Shown here in pieces: positions 31,820-41,515 of a stretch of 64,000 nt of DNA. Made by a program: the position numbers and the translations under genes. The DNA lies in NCBI GenBank assembly GCA_015056625.1, contig SVFY01000007.1:30248-94247 (forward strand), written 5' to 3'. This DNA comes from Butyrivibrio sp. Its GTDB lineage: Bacteria; Bacillota; Clostridia; Lachnospirales; Lachnospiraceae. Position 1 is the stretch's first letter. Every line of letters begins with the position of its first letter. The notes beneath the pieces were generated by a model. It worked only from the letters and a program-made list of their open reading frames with translations. It was not told the DNA's origin and did not search any database.

Positions 31820-31865
31820 GTGTCAAGAAAAAATACTTGACACTTATTTTCTTTTTGGTTATTAT
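31817..31865 (+). promoter_or_regulatory. ylxM-ffh promoter overlapped by a perfect 11-8-11 inverted repeat
   Basis: TAAGTGTCAAG-N8-CTTGACACTTA; TTGACA (31837)-N17-TATTAT (31860). Confidence 0.75.
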
Positions 31866-31898
31866 ACTCATTGTGCATAAATATGGGTGAGGTTCATT

Positions 31899-32240
31899 AT
31901 GGAGAAAATCGTTGAACAGGGCCTTCTGTATGATTTCTATGGAGAACTCTTAACAGATCATCAAAAACAGATATATGAAGCTGCTGTATATAACGATATG
32001 TCCCTTACAGAGATCGCGGACGAACACGGTATCAGCAAGCAGGGCGTACATGACCTCATTAAAAGATGTACTAAAACGCTTCAGGGCTATGAAGACAAGC
32101 TTCATATGATCAGGCGTTTTGAGGCTATCAAGTCACAGGCTGAGGAGCTGAAAAATGCTTCCTCCAGGGACCTTGACCTTACAGAACTGAAAAAGGCCGC
32201 ACTTGATATTTCCAATAACATTTTAGAGGAGCTTACTTAA
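31899..32240 (+). CDS. ylxM: YlxM (UPF0122) sigma-region-4-like HTH protein, SRP-associated
   Basis: LLYDFYGELLT, SLTEIA, SKQGVHDLIKR, YEDKL; adjacent to ffh. Confidence 0.93.
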   Translation: MEKIVEQGLLYDFYGELLTDHQKQIYEAAVYNDMSLTEIADEHGISKQGVHDLIKRCTKTLQGYEDKLHMIRRFEAIKSQAEELKNASSRDLDLTELKKAALDISNNILEELT

Positions 32241-33622
32241 TGGCTTTTGAAAGTCTTACTGATAAACTGCAAAATGTCTTTAAAGGCCTTAAGGGTAAGG
32301 GACGCCTTTCTGAAGAGGATGTAAAGCTTGCTCTTAAAGAGGTCAAGATGGCTCTTTTAGAGGCGGATGTTAGCTTTAAGGTTGTTAAACAATTTATCTC
32401 CTCAGTACAGGAGAGGGCTGTTGGTGAAGATGTTTTAAATGGCCTCAATCCTGGTCAGATGGTTATCAAGATCGTTAATGAAGAGATGACATCTCTTATG
32501 GGATCTGATACTACTGAGCTTAGCCTTTTACCTGTCAATGAGATCACTGTTATCATGATGTGTGGTCTTCAGGGTGCAGGTAAGACAACAACTGCTGCCA
32601 AGATCGCTGGCAAGCTCAAGCTTAAGGGAAGAAAACCTCTTCTTGTTGCCTGCGACGTATACAGACCCGCTGCTATTGAACAGCTGCGCGTCAATGCTGA
32701 AAAACAGCAGGTTGATTTCTTTGAAATGGGAACAGATGTAAGTCCCGTTGATATTGCCCGCGCCAGCCTTGAACAGGCTAAAAAAGCAGGTAATAACGTT
32801 GTTTTGATTGATACAGCCGGACGTCTTCAGATAGATGAGGACATGATGAACGAGCTGATCAATATAAAAAGTGCTATAGCAGTACACCAGACACTTTTAG
32901 TTGTAGACGCCATGACAGGTCAGGAAGCTGTCAATGTAGCTTCAGAATTCAATGACAAGGTTGGTGTTGACGGGATCATACTTTCCAAGATGGATGGTGA
33001 TTCCAGAGGTGGTGCAGCTCTTTCAACCAAGGCTGTTACCGGAAAACCTATTCTCTATGTTGGTATGGGTGAGAAGCTCTCAGATCTTGAGCAGTTTTAT
33101 CCAGACAGAATGGCCAGCAGGATCCTGGGAATGGGTGATGTGTTAAGCCTCATTGACAAGGCTGTAGAAGCACAGCAGCAGATGGATGAGGCAAAAGAAA
33201 AAGAGATGGCCCAGAAGATGAAGAAGGGCAAGCTCGATTTCGAAATGTACCTTGAGAGCATGAAGCAGATGAGAAACATGGGTGGTCTTTCAGCCATCAT
33301 GGGAATGCTTCCTGGTATGGGTAAGATTGGTGAGGATCAGCTTCCGGATGAGAAGGAACTTGCAAGACTTGAAGCAATAGTTCTTTCCATGACACCAGAG
33401 GAACGCAAAAATCCAAAGCTTATGAGCCCTCAGAGAAAATTCAGGATTGCCAAGGGATCAGGCAATGATATTGCAGCAGTCAACCGTTTCATCAAGCAGT
33501 TCGAGCAGATGAACAAGATGATGAAGCAGATGCCAGGACTTATGGGCGGTAAGAGAAAAGGCTTTGGTAAGTTTGGCGGCTTCCCTGGAATGGGCGGCTT
33601 TGGCGGCGGTAAATTCTTTTGA
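32240..33622 (+). CDS. ffh: Signal recognition particle protein Ffh
   Basis: ALLEADV, GLQGAGKTT, DVYRPAA, DTAGR, RILGMGD, Met-rich M domain. Confidence 0.98.
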   Translation: MAFESLTDKLQNVFKGLKGKGRLSEEDVKLALKEVKMALLEADVSFKVVKQFISSVQERAVGEDVLNGLNPGQMVIKIVNEEMTSLMGSDTTELSLLPVNEITVIMMCGLQGAGKTTTAAKIAGKLKLKGRKPLLVACDVYRPAAIEQLRVNAEKQQVDFFEMGTDVSPVDIARASLEQAKKAGNNVVLIDTAGRLQIDEDMMNELINIKSAIAVHQTLLVVDAMTGQEAVNVASEFNDKVGVDGIILSKMDGDSRGGAALSTKAVTGKPILYVGMGEKLSDLEQFYPDRMASRILGMGDVLSLIDKAVEAQQQMDEAKEKEMAQKMKKGKLDFEMYLESMKQMRNMGGLSAIMGMLPGMGKIGEDQLPDEKELARLEAIVLSMTPEERKNPKLMSPQRKFRIAKGSGNDIAAVNRFIKQFEQMNKMMKQMPGLMGGKRKGFGKFGGFPGMGGFGGGKFF

Positions 33623-33703
33623 TATGTCTATGCAGCAATTGCTGTTTGATACATATAAAAACAAAAACAATAATTTATTTATTTAAAATGGAGGACATTT
33701 AAA

Positions 33704-33949
33704 ATGGCAGTAAAGATCAGATTAAAGAGAATTGGTAAGAAGAAGGTTCCTTTCTACAGAATCATCGTTTCAGATTCAAAGTTCCCTGTACAGGGCAAGT
33801 TCATCGAGGAGATCGGAACATACGATCCTAACACAGATCCTAGCACAGTAAAGGTTAACGAGGAGCTCGCTAAGAAGTGGCTTTCAAACGGTGCTCAGCC
33901 TACAGAGTCTGTTGCTAAGCTTTTCAAGCAGGCCGGCATTCAGAAATAA
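33704..33949 (+). CDS. rpsP: 30S ribosomal protein S16
   Basis: [25 protein letters not shown]. Confidence 0.96.
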   Translation: MAVKIRLKRIGKKKVPFYRIIVSDSKFPVQGKFIEEIGTYDPNTDPSTVKVNEELAKKWLSNGAQPTESVAKLFKQAGIQK

Positions 33950-33994
33950 TCATTTCTGATTTGATTTAGTATTCAAATTTGCCGGAGGTGGATA

Positions 33995-34222
33995 GTGAAA
34001 GAATTAGTTGAAGTTATCGCAAAAGCCCTGGTTGACAATCCGGACGAAGTTGTAGTGACCGAGAAAAAAGACGGGCGTAATATCATGATCGAGCTTCATG
34101 TTGCACCTTCTGACATGGGCAAGGTGATAGGAAAACAGGGACGCATTGCCAAGGCAATCCGCGCCGTTGTAAAGGCTGCATCAACAAGAGAAGATGTTAA
34201 GGTTGATGTTGAAATAGTATGA
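33995..34222 (+). CDS. khpA: KH-domain RNA-binding protein KhpA (YlqC)
   Basis: DMGKVIGKQGR GxxG loop; follows rpsP. Confidence 0.93.
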   Translation: MKELVEVIAKALVDNPDEVVVTEKKDGRNIMIELHVAPSDMGKVIGKQGRIAKAIRAVVKAASTREDVKVDVEIV

Positions 34223-34228
34223 TTTACG

Positions 34229-34266
34229 GAGCCGGATAAGGTATATACTTTATTCGGCTCTTTATT
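34229..34266 (+). terminator. Probable terminator between khpA and trmD
   Basis: GAGCCGGATAAG/TTTATTCGGCTC stem plus TTTATT. Confidence 0.65.
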
Positions 34267-34284
34267 ACGCTTATAGGGTGTGCT

Positions 34285-35061
34285 ATGAATTTTCATATTA
34301 TGACTCTTTTCCCTGAAATGATAGAGCAGGGGCTTAAGACAAGTATTACGGGCCGTGCAGCAGATAAGGGACTAATATCCTTTAATGCTGTCAATATCAG
34401 GGATTTTTCAAACGACAGCAAACATCACAAGGTTGATGATTATACATATGGTGGCGGAGCTGGTATGCTGATGCAGGCTCAGCCAATTTACGACTGCTTT
34501 TTGTCTATCAAAAACAAGGTGCTGGGTACATCTTCAGAGGAAAAGCTAAGAGTTGTCTACGTGACGCCTCAGGGAAGTGTCTTTGACCAGAAGATGGCTA
34601 CAGATCTTGCAAAAGAAGAAGATCTTGTTTTTCTTTGCGGACATTACGAAGGCGTGGATGAAAGAGTACTTGAGGAGATCGTCACAGATTATGTCTCCAT
34701 AGGTGATTATGTCCTGACAGGAGGTGAGCTTCCTGCCATGGTTATGATCGATGCTATTTCAAGGCTTGTACCGGGAGTTCTCAATAACGATGAGTCTGCA
34801 ATGACAGAGAGTTTTTCTGGAGGGCTTTTGGAGTATCCGCAGTATTCAAGACCTGAGGAATGGATGGGGAAAAAGGTTCCGGCAATTCTTTTATCGGGAG
34901 ACCATAAAAAGGTTGATGAATGGAGACTTGAACAGTCCATATTAAGGACAAAGGAAAGGCGTCCAGACCTCTATGAAAAGTGGGCTTTGGAAAATCCACC
35001 TGCTCCAGAGAAAAAGAAACGCAGAAGACGAAGTAAAGCGGCGGAAGAGGAAAATACATGA
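34285..35061 (+). CDS. trmD: tRNA (guanine-N1)-methyltransferase
   Basis: TLFPE, VDDYTYGGGAGM, CGHYEGVDER, SIGDYVLTGGE, LLSGDH. Confidence 0.97.
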   Translation: MNFHIMTLFPEMIEQGLKTSITGRAADKGLISFNAVNIRDFSNDSKHHKVDDYTYGGGAGMLMQAQPIYDCFLSIKNKVLGTSSEEKLRVVYVTPQGSVFDQKMATDLAKEEDLVFLCGHYEGVDERVLEEIVTDYVSIGDYVLTGGELPAMVMIDAISRLVPGVLNNDESAMTESFSGGLLEYPQYSRPEEWMGKKVPAILLSGDHKKVDEWRLEQSILRTKERRPDLYEKWALENPPAPEKKKRRRRSKAAEEENT

Positions 35062-35570
35062 CAGACAGATTTCAGGTTGGAGTAATTGCATCTACACATG
35101 GTCTTCAGGGAGAAGTTAATGTCTTTCCCACAACTGAGGATCCATCGAGATTTAAAAAATTAAAGCAGGTTGTTCTTCACACTCAGAGAGGGGAAGAGTT
35201 GCTTTTGGATGTGGTGAGCGCCAGATTTTTCAAGAAGTTTGTTATAGTTAAATTTAAGCAGTTCAATGACATCAACGAAGTTGAGAAGTTCAGAGGGTGT
35301 GAACTTACAATTGACAGGAAAGATGCCATAAAGCTTGCTCCTGGAGAGTATTACTGTGCAGATCTTATTGGACTTACCATAGTTGACGAGGATGGAAACG
35401 AGCTGGGCACACTTACTGAAATCCTTCAGACAGGTGCCAACGATGTCTATGAGATGACCAAAAAGGATGATGGCGAAAAAGTGTACATTCCAGCCATAAA
35501 GGACTGCATCAAAGAAATCAATCCTGAAGGCGGGAAAATCGTTATCCATGTCATGGATGGTCTTCTTTAA
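35058..35570 (+). CDS. rimM: 16S rRNA processing protein RimM
   Basis: THGLQGEV, GEYYCADLIGL, TGANDVY, YIPAI. Confidence 0.96.
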   Translation: MTDRFQVGVIASTHGLQGEVNVFPTTEDPSRFKKLKQVVLHTQRGEELLLDVVSARFFKKFVIVKFKQFNDINEVEKFRGCELTIDRKDAIKLAPGEYYCADLIGLTIVDEDGNELGTLTEILQTGANDVYEMTKKDDGEKVYIPAIKDCIKEINPEGGKIVIHVMDGLL

Positions 35571-35668
35571 AAGATAGTGACTTTTCTTATTAATTGTCTT
35601 ATAATATTTAGAGTAAATATTTAGTGTATGAAAATATCTTGATACAAGATATTGGGGTGAGGATTCTA

Positions 35669-36445
35669 ATGATAGATTATACTGAAGGTGCTGGATATCA
35701 GTATCATACTCATGTTGGTCCAGGTGATGTGGGCAGATATGTTCTTTTAACTGGTGATCCAGGAAGATGTGAATCTATTTCCAAGCTATTTGATGATCCC
35801 AAGTTTGTTGCATATAACAGAGAGTACAATTGCTATACAGGGTATCTTAATGGTGAAAAGGTAAGCGTTATATCTCATGGAATTGGAGGTGCTTCAACAG
35901 CTATCTGTGTTGAAGAACTTGCTAAGTGTGGCGCAGATACTTTTATCAGAATGGGAACTTCCGGAGGAATGCAGGATGATGTAGTTGGAGGCGATATAGT
36001 AATTGCTTCTGGAGCTATCCGTGCAGAGGGAACCTCCAAGGAGTACGCACCCATCGAATATCCTGCTGTAGCTTCTTTTGATGTAGTTAACGCACTTGTA
36101 AACGGAGCTAAGAAGTCTGGCGCCAAGTACCATGTTGGCGTAGCTCAGTGCAAGGATTCATTCTTTGGACAGCATGAGCCTGAGACCAAGCCAGTTGGCC
36201 CAGAGCTTTTGTATAAATGGGACGCATGGATCAAATGTGGATGTCTGTGTTCCGAAATGGAGAGCTCAACACTGTTTATTGTTGGAAGTTATTTAAGGAT
36301 CAGAACAGGAGCAGTTCTTTTAGTAGTTGCCAATCAGGAGAGGGCTAAGAAAGGCCTTCCAAATCCTCAGGTACATGACATGGATATTGTGTACAAAACA
36401 ACTATTGAGGCTGTAAAGGAGCTCATTAATTTGGATAAAGCCTGA
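35669..36445 (+). CDS. udp: Uridine/nucleoside phosphorylase (PNP/UDP family)
   Basis: GDPGR, HGIGGAS, RMGTSGG, EGTS, FFGQH, EME; start assigned to ATG 35669 after GAGG. Confidence 0.85.
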   Translation: MIDYTEGAGYQYHTHVGPGDVGRYVLLTGDPGRCESISKLFDDPKFVAYNREYNCYTGYLNGEKVSVISHGIGGASTAICVEELAKCGADTFIRMGTSGGMQDDVVGGDIVIASGAIRAEGTSKEYAPIEYPAVASFDVVNALVNGAKKSGAKYHVGVAQCKDSFFGQHEPETKPVGPELLYKWDAWIKCGCLCSEMESSTLFIVGSYLRIRTGAVLLVVANQERAKKGLPNPQVHDMDIVYKTTIEAVKELINLDKA

Positions 36446-36498
36446 ATAAGGTTTTATTATACATTTTTCATTTTTATTTTTTATAATGGAGGGAAATT

Positions 36499-37725
36499 AT
36501 GAAAAAGAAGATTTTAGCAGTTCTTATGGCTGCAACAATGGTATCTTCTCTTGCAGCATGTGGCTCTTCAGCTCCTGCAACAGCAGATACTACAGAACAG
36601 ACTGAGGCAGCTCCAGCTGAGACAGCTGAGGCACCTGCTGCAGAGGCTACAGAGGCTACAGAGGCTCCAGCTGCAGAGGCAACTGATATGAAGGTTGCTA
36701 TGGTTACAGACTACGGCGATATCACAGACCAGTCTTTCAACCAGTCAACATATGAGGCTTGCAAGGCTTTTGGTGAGGCTAATGGCGTAGAGTTCACATA
36801 CTACAAGCCAGAAGGCGATTCAGATGCTGAGAGAGTAGCTATGATCGACAAGGCTGTTGCTGACGGATTCAACGTAATCGTAATGCCTGGTTATGCATTT
36901 GCCGGCGCTATCAAAGAGACAGCTGAGATGTATCCAGACATCAAGTTCGTAGCTCTTGACGTTTCTGAGTACGATCTTGAGGGTGACTCATCAGACTTCA
37001 ACAACAAGACATATGACAACGTATTCTCAGCAGTATATCAGGAAGAACTTCCTGGATACATGGCTGGTTACGCTGCTGTAAAGATGGGCTACACAAAGCT
37101 TGGTTTCCTTGGCGGTATGGCAGTTCCTGCTGTTATCCGTTATGGTTATGGTTTCGTTCAGGGTGCTGACGCTGCAGCTGCAGAAATAGGCGCTGATGTA
37201 GAGATCAACTATGCATACGGTAACCAGTTCTACGGTGATTCCGATATCACAGCTGCTATGGATACATGGTATCAGGGCGGCACAGAAGTTGTATTTGCTT
37301 GCGGTGGCGGTATCTTCACATCTGCAGGTGAGGCAGCTGCTAAGGTAAACGGCAAGGTTATCGGTGTTGACGTTGACCAGGCTGCTACAATCGATGGAAT
37401 GTTCGGTAAGGGCATGACAATCACATCTGCTCAGAAGGGTCTTCAGGCAACTGTTAACACACTTCTTTCAGCAATCAGAGATGGTCAGTGGGATTCTTTC
37501 GCAGGTCAGATCCAGAACCTTGGTCTTGTATCTGCTGATGATCTTTCACTTAACTATGTATCACTTGCTGATTCAACAGTTTGGACAGACACATTCACAG
37601 CTGATGATTACAAGCAGCTCGTTGCTGACATGGTAAACGGAAAGATCACAGTATCTAACGATTCTTCAGCTGAGGAGCCTTCAGCTACAACAGCTAAGAT
37701 CAACTTCCAGGGCAACATCAAATAA
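36499..37725 (+). CDS. BMP-family nucleoside-binding lipoprotein
   Basis: LAAC lipobox, Ala/Glu/Pro/Thr linker, DQSFNQ, GYMAG, GFLGGM, VIGVDVDQ. Confidence 0.9.
   Translation: MKKKILAVLMAATMVSSLAACGSSAPATADTTEQTEAAPAETAEAPAAEATEATEAPAAEATDMKVAMVTDYGDITDQSFNQSTYEACKAFGEANGVEFTYYKPEGDSDAERVAMIDKAVADGFNVIVMPGYAFAGAIKETAEMYPDIKFVALDVSEYDLEGDSSDFNNKTYDNVFSAVYQEELPGYMAGYAAVKMGYTKLGFLGGMAVPAVIRYGYGFVQGADAAAAEIGADVEINYAYGNQFYGDSDITAAMDTWYQGGTEVVFACGGGIFTSAGEAAAKVNGKVIGVDVDQAATIDGMFGKGMTITSAQKGLQATVNTLLSAIRDGQWDSFAGQIQNLGLVSADDLSLNYVSLADSTVWTDTFTADDYKQLVADMVNGKITVSNDSSAEEPSATTAKINFQGNIK
36601..36685 (+). repeat. Low-complexity repeats encoding the lipoprotein linker (TEAAPAETAEAPAAEATEATEAPAAEAT)
   Basis: Tandem CAGAGGCTA-like units. 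Confidence 0.6.
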
Positions 37726-37746
37726 TATTGCGCGCTTGCGCTTTTT

Positions 37747-37782
37747 AGGGGCCGGCAGATTCATAGTCTTCCGGCCTTTTTT
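37747..37782 (+). terminator. Stem-loop after the binding-protein gene
   Basis: AGGGGCCGG/CCGGCCTTT stem plus T-run. Confidence 0.7.
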
Positions 37783-37821
37783 CTAAGAAATATATAATTA
37801 TGAGGTATAGAGGAGGTATCA

Positions 37822-39366
37822 ATGGCAGCTACTAGTGAATATGCTATTGAAATGCTGAACATTACCAAGAGATTCCCTGGAATCGTAGCTAATGATAATG
37901 TTACGATCCAGCTCAAAAAAGGTGAGATTCATGCACTTCTTGGTGAGAATGGTGCAGGAAAATCAACTCTGATGAGCGTGCTCTTTGGACTTTATCAGGC
38001 TGAAGAAGGTACCATTAAAAAGGATGGTAAGGTTGTTAAGATCAACAACCCTAATGATGCCAATGATCTTGGTATTGGTATGGTACATCAGCATTTCAAG
38101 CTTGTTCAGTGCTTCACTGTATTGGACAATATTATTCTTGGTGATGAGACCACTAAGCACGGATTTTTGCAGAAAGAGGAGTCAAGAAAGAAGGTACTTG
38201 AACTCTCTGATAAGTATGGACTTAAGGTAGATCCTGACGCAAAGATCGAGGACATTACTGTAGGTATGCAGCAGAGAACTGAGATTCTCAAGATGCTTTA
38301 CAGAGAAAATGAGATCCTGATCTTCGACGAGCCTACTGCGGTTCTTACCCCTGCTGAAATCGATGAGCTTATGGAGATCATGAGAAACCTTGCAAGAGAA
38401 GGCAAATCTATTTTGTTCATTTCTCATAAGCTTGCAGAGATCATGGCTGTAGCTGACAGATGTAGTGTGCTTAGAAGAGGTAAGTACATTGGCACAGTAA
38501 ATATCGCTGATACCGATCAGAATGAACTTTCAAGAATGATGGTAGGACGTGATGTTCAGCTTGTTGCTCACAAGGAGGACAAGGAACCTGGAGATGTTAT
38601 CCTTCACGTGGAGAACATGACAGTTCCAAGTAAGCTCCATCATAATAATGCAGTTAAGAACGTTTCTTTTGATGTAAGATCAGGAGAGATCGTTTGCATT
38701 GCCGGTATTGATGGCAATGGTCAGACTGAGCTTGTATATGGCTTGTCTGGACTTGAGAACTGCACAACAGGTAAGATCACTCTTTCTGGCAAGGATATTA
38801 CACACGCTTCCATCAGAGAGAGATCAACCAGCGGCATGAGCCATATTCCTGAGGACAGACATAAACATGGTCTTGTAATGGATTATTCACTGGCTTATAA
38901 CCTGGTACTTCAAAGATATTTTGAGCCAGAGTTTTCAACTAAGACTGGCTTCCTTAAAAAGGCTGCTATCAATGCCTATGCCAACAAGCTCATTGAGCAG
39001 TACGATATCAGATCAGGTCAGGGTGCACCTACAATAGCCCGTTCTATGTCAGGTGGTAACCAGCAGAAGGCTATTATTGCAAGAGAGATCGATAAAAATC
39101 CGGATCTTCTTATTGCTGTTCAGCCCACCAGAGGACTTGACGTAGGAGCTATTGAGTATATCCACAAGCAGCTCATTGCTCAGAGAGATGCAGGTCACGC
39201 AGTACTTTTGGTATCACTTGAGCTTGAAGAAGTTATGAGTATTTCAGACAGGATACTTGTTATGTACGAGGGCGAGATAGTAGGAGAATTTGATCCTAAG
39301 GTTACAACTCCTGAAGAACTTGGTCTTTACATGGCAGGAGCTAAGAGAAAGGAGGTAACAGCCTGA
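37822..39366 (+). CDS. Nucleoside ABC transporter ATPase (NupA/YufO-like, two NBDs)
   Basis: GENGAGKST, MVHQHF, FDEPT, IPEDR, MSGGNQQK, QPTRGLD. Confidence 0.93.
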   Translation: MAATSEYAIEMLNITKRFPGIVANDNVTIQLKKGEIHALLGENGAGKSTLMSVLFGLYQAEEGTIKKDGKVVKINNPNDANDLGIGMVHQHFKLVQCFTVLDNIILGDETTKHGFLQKEESRKKVLELSDKYGLKVDPDAKIEDITVGMQQRTEILKMLYRENEILIFDEPTAVLTPAEIDELMEIMRNLAREGKSILFISHKLAEIMAVADRCSVLRRGKYIGTVNIADTDQNELSRMMVGRDVQLVAHKEDKEPGDVILHVENMTVPSKLHHNNAVKNVSFDVRSGEIVCIAGIDGNGQTELVYGLSGLENCTTGKITLSGKDITHASIRERSTSGMSHIPEDRHKHGLVMDYSLAYNLVLQRYFEPEFSTKTGFLKKAAINAYANKLIEQYDIRSGQGAPTIARSMSGGNQQKAIIAREIDKNPDLLIAVQPTRGLDVGAIEYIHKQLIAQRDAGHAVLLVSLELEEVMSISDRILVMYEGEIVGEFDPKVTTPEELGLYMAGAKRKEVTA

Positions 39367-40502
39367 TGGGTTCATCTGATAAACAATCAAACAGCTTCCT
39401 GGCAAAGCCTGCTGTACAGTCCATTTTAGCTGCTATTCTCTGCATAATAATTGGACTTTTCGTAGGTTATATAGCACTTCTTATCATTAATCCCAAGGGT
39501 GCTACAGAAGCTATTATCACAATCTTAAAGAACTACTTTACTTATCCTACCAAGGCTGCTGCAATGAAGTATCTTGGTAATACACTTGTTAAGGCAGCAC
39601 CACTTCTTATGTGTGCGCTTTCCATTCAGTTCTGCTATCAGGCTGGCCTTTTCAACATCGGAGCAGCAGGACAGTATGTAGCAGGTGCAGGAGCAGCGCT
39701 GTTCTGTGCACTTTCACTAAAGCTTCCATGGATCGTTTGCCTTTTGGCTGCGCTCATAGCTGGTGGAATATTTGGTATAATCGTTGGTCTTCTGAAGTCA
39801 TACCTCAACGTTAATGAGGTTATTTCAGGTATCATGCTCAACTGGATAGGACTTTATGCAGTTAACATGCTCCTTTCCGGAGTAAAAGAGACTGCCAGCC
39901 CTTATACAGTACAGGTTGCCAGCGTAAATGAATCAGCGCTCCTTCCTTCATTGGGGCTTGAAAAGCTCTTTTCAAATAACAAGTATGTAACTATAGCAAT
40001 TCCACTTGCTATCCTCGTTGCAATACTTATTAAGATCGTTCTCAGCATGACAGTATTTGGTTATGAGATCAAGGCAACTGGTATTGCCAAGGACGCAGCC
40101 AAGTACAGCGGAATGAAAGAGAAGAGGAACGTGATCATCACACTGTTTATTGGTGGAGCACTTGCAGGTATCGGAGCAGCATTCCTTTTCCTCTCAGGAT
40201 ATGAGCAGTGGTCTGTTACTCAGTCATCTGTTCCTTCCATGGGATTTAACGGAATTGCAGCTACATTCCTTGGAGGACTTGATCCTATAGGAACAATATT
40301 TGCTTCCTACTTTATTCAGCATATTACCAGTGGCGGATCATATCTTGATAAGAATATTTATCCTTCACAGATTTCAGATTTCATTTCAGCTATTATCATC
40401 TACCTGTGTGGATTTGTATTATTCTTTAAGCTGTATCTGAATAACTACTTGAGGAATAAACAGGAGAGAGCTAAAGAAAGAAAAGAAGGAGGTAAAAGAT
40501 AA
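39366..40502 (+). CDS. Nucleoside ABC transporter permease 1
   Basis: AGLFNIGAAGQ, VNEVISGIMLN, GYEIKATG. Confidence 0.9.
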   Translation: MGSSDKQSNSFLAKPAVQSILAAILCIIIGLFVGYIALLIINPKGATEAIITILKNYFTYPTKAAAMKYLGNTLVKAAPLLMCALSIQFCYQAGLFNIGAAGQYVAGAGAALFCALSLKLPWIVCLLAALIAGGIFGIIVGLLKSYLNVNEVISGIMLNWIGLYAVNMLLSGVKETASPYTVQVASVNESALLPSLGLEKLFSNNKYVTIAIPLAILVAILIKIVLSMTVFGYEIKATGIAKDAAKYSGMKEKRNVIITLFIGGALAGIGAAFLFLSGYEQWSVTQSSVPSMGFNGIAATFLGGLDPIGTIFASYFIQHITSGGSYLDKNIYPSQISDFISAIIIYLCGFVLFFKLYLNNYLRNKQERAKERKEGGKR

Positions 40503-41443
40503 TGGTATTACTTATTCAGTATACACTTTTATTTGCTTCGGTTTTGATCTTGGTTGCTCTTGGCGGATGCTTTTCAGAGCATTCAGGTGTTATCAACCTG
40601 GGACTTGAGGGAATAATGGTTATGGGAGCTCTTGGCGGCGCCCTTACACTTAAGTACATTTCCCCAGACACACCTGCAATTTTGATCGTACTTGCAGTTA
40701 TTCTTGCAGCAGTTGCCTGCGGCGTTATTTATTCAGTGCTTCTTGCTGTTGCATGTATCAACCTAAAGGCTGACCAGACACTGGTTGGTACAGCGCTTAA
40801 CATGCTTGCTGCAGCTGCAGCTACAGTTATAGTTAAGTCAATCAATATGGCTGAGAACCCAGATAACGTTTCTTCTACTGTACAGTACACACAGACCAAG
40901 AAAGCGCTGGTTGTTCCGATCGGCTCATTCCAGTTTAACTGGTTCATGTTGGTTGCACTTATTGCACTTATTCTTGCTTTCGTAGTTTTATATAAGACAA
41001 GATTTGGCCTTCGTCTTATGGCCTGTGGTGAACATCCTCAGGCTGCAGACAGCGTAGGTATCAACGTTTACACAATGCGCTGGGCTGGCGTTCTGATCTC
41101 TGGAATGCTTGCTGGTATTGGTGGTATCGTTTATATCACAGCTGGTGTAAGTGAGTGGAAGTTTGAAGTTGGTGTTGCAGGCTTTGGTTTCCTTGCTCTT
41201 GCAGTTATGATCTTTGGACAGTGGAAGCCAATAAATATTGGACTTGCTGCACTTTTGTTTGGATTCTTCAGAGCTTTGTCTAACGTATATTCAGGCTTTG
41301 ACTTCCTTGCAGCTTTAAACATTCCAGGATCTGTCTACAACATGATGCCTTATATCATTTCACTGATCGTTCTTGCATTTACATCATCCAATTCAAGAGC
41401 ACCTAAGGCAGAAGGTATTCCTTACGATAAGGGATCAAGATAA
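40502..41443 (+). CDS. Nucleoside ABC transporter permease 2
   Basis: SEHSGVINLGLEG, FGLRLMACGEHP, GFLALA. Confidence 0.9.
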   Translation: MVLLIQYTLLFASVLILVALGGCFSEHSGVINLGLEGIMVMGALGGALTLKYISPDTPAILIVLAVILAAVACGVIYSVLLAVACINLKADQTLVGTALNMLAAAAATVIVKSINMAENPDNVSSTVQYTQTKKALVVPIGSFQFNWFMLVALIALILAFVVLYKTRFGLRLMACGEHPQAADSVGINVYTMRWAGVLISGMLAGIGGIVYITAGVSEWKFEVGVAGFGFLALAVMIFGQWKPINIGLAALLFGFFRALSNVYSGFDFLAALNIPGSVYNMMPYIISLIVLAFTSSNSRAPKAEGIPYDKGSR

Positions 41444-41454
41444 TACAAATATTT

Positions 41455-41482
41455 ATTCCCCGCCTTTACAGGCGGGGAATTT
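41455..41482 (+). terminator. Stem-loop after the ABC permeases
   Basis: ATTCCCCGCC/GGCGGGGAAT stem; short T tail. Confidence 0.55.
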
Positions 41483-41515
41483 AGACTAAAGAAGAATCAG
41501 GAAGAAATAGTGGTT

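Noticed and set aside
35571-35668. Purine riboswitch or PyrR-type leader before the nucleoside cassette
   Set aside because: Short AT-rich region with no aptamer core or attenuator
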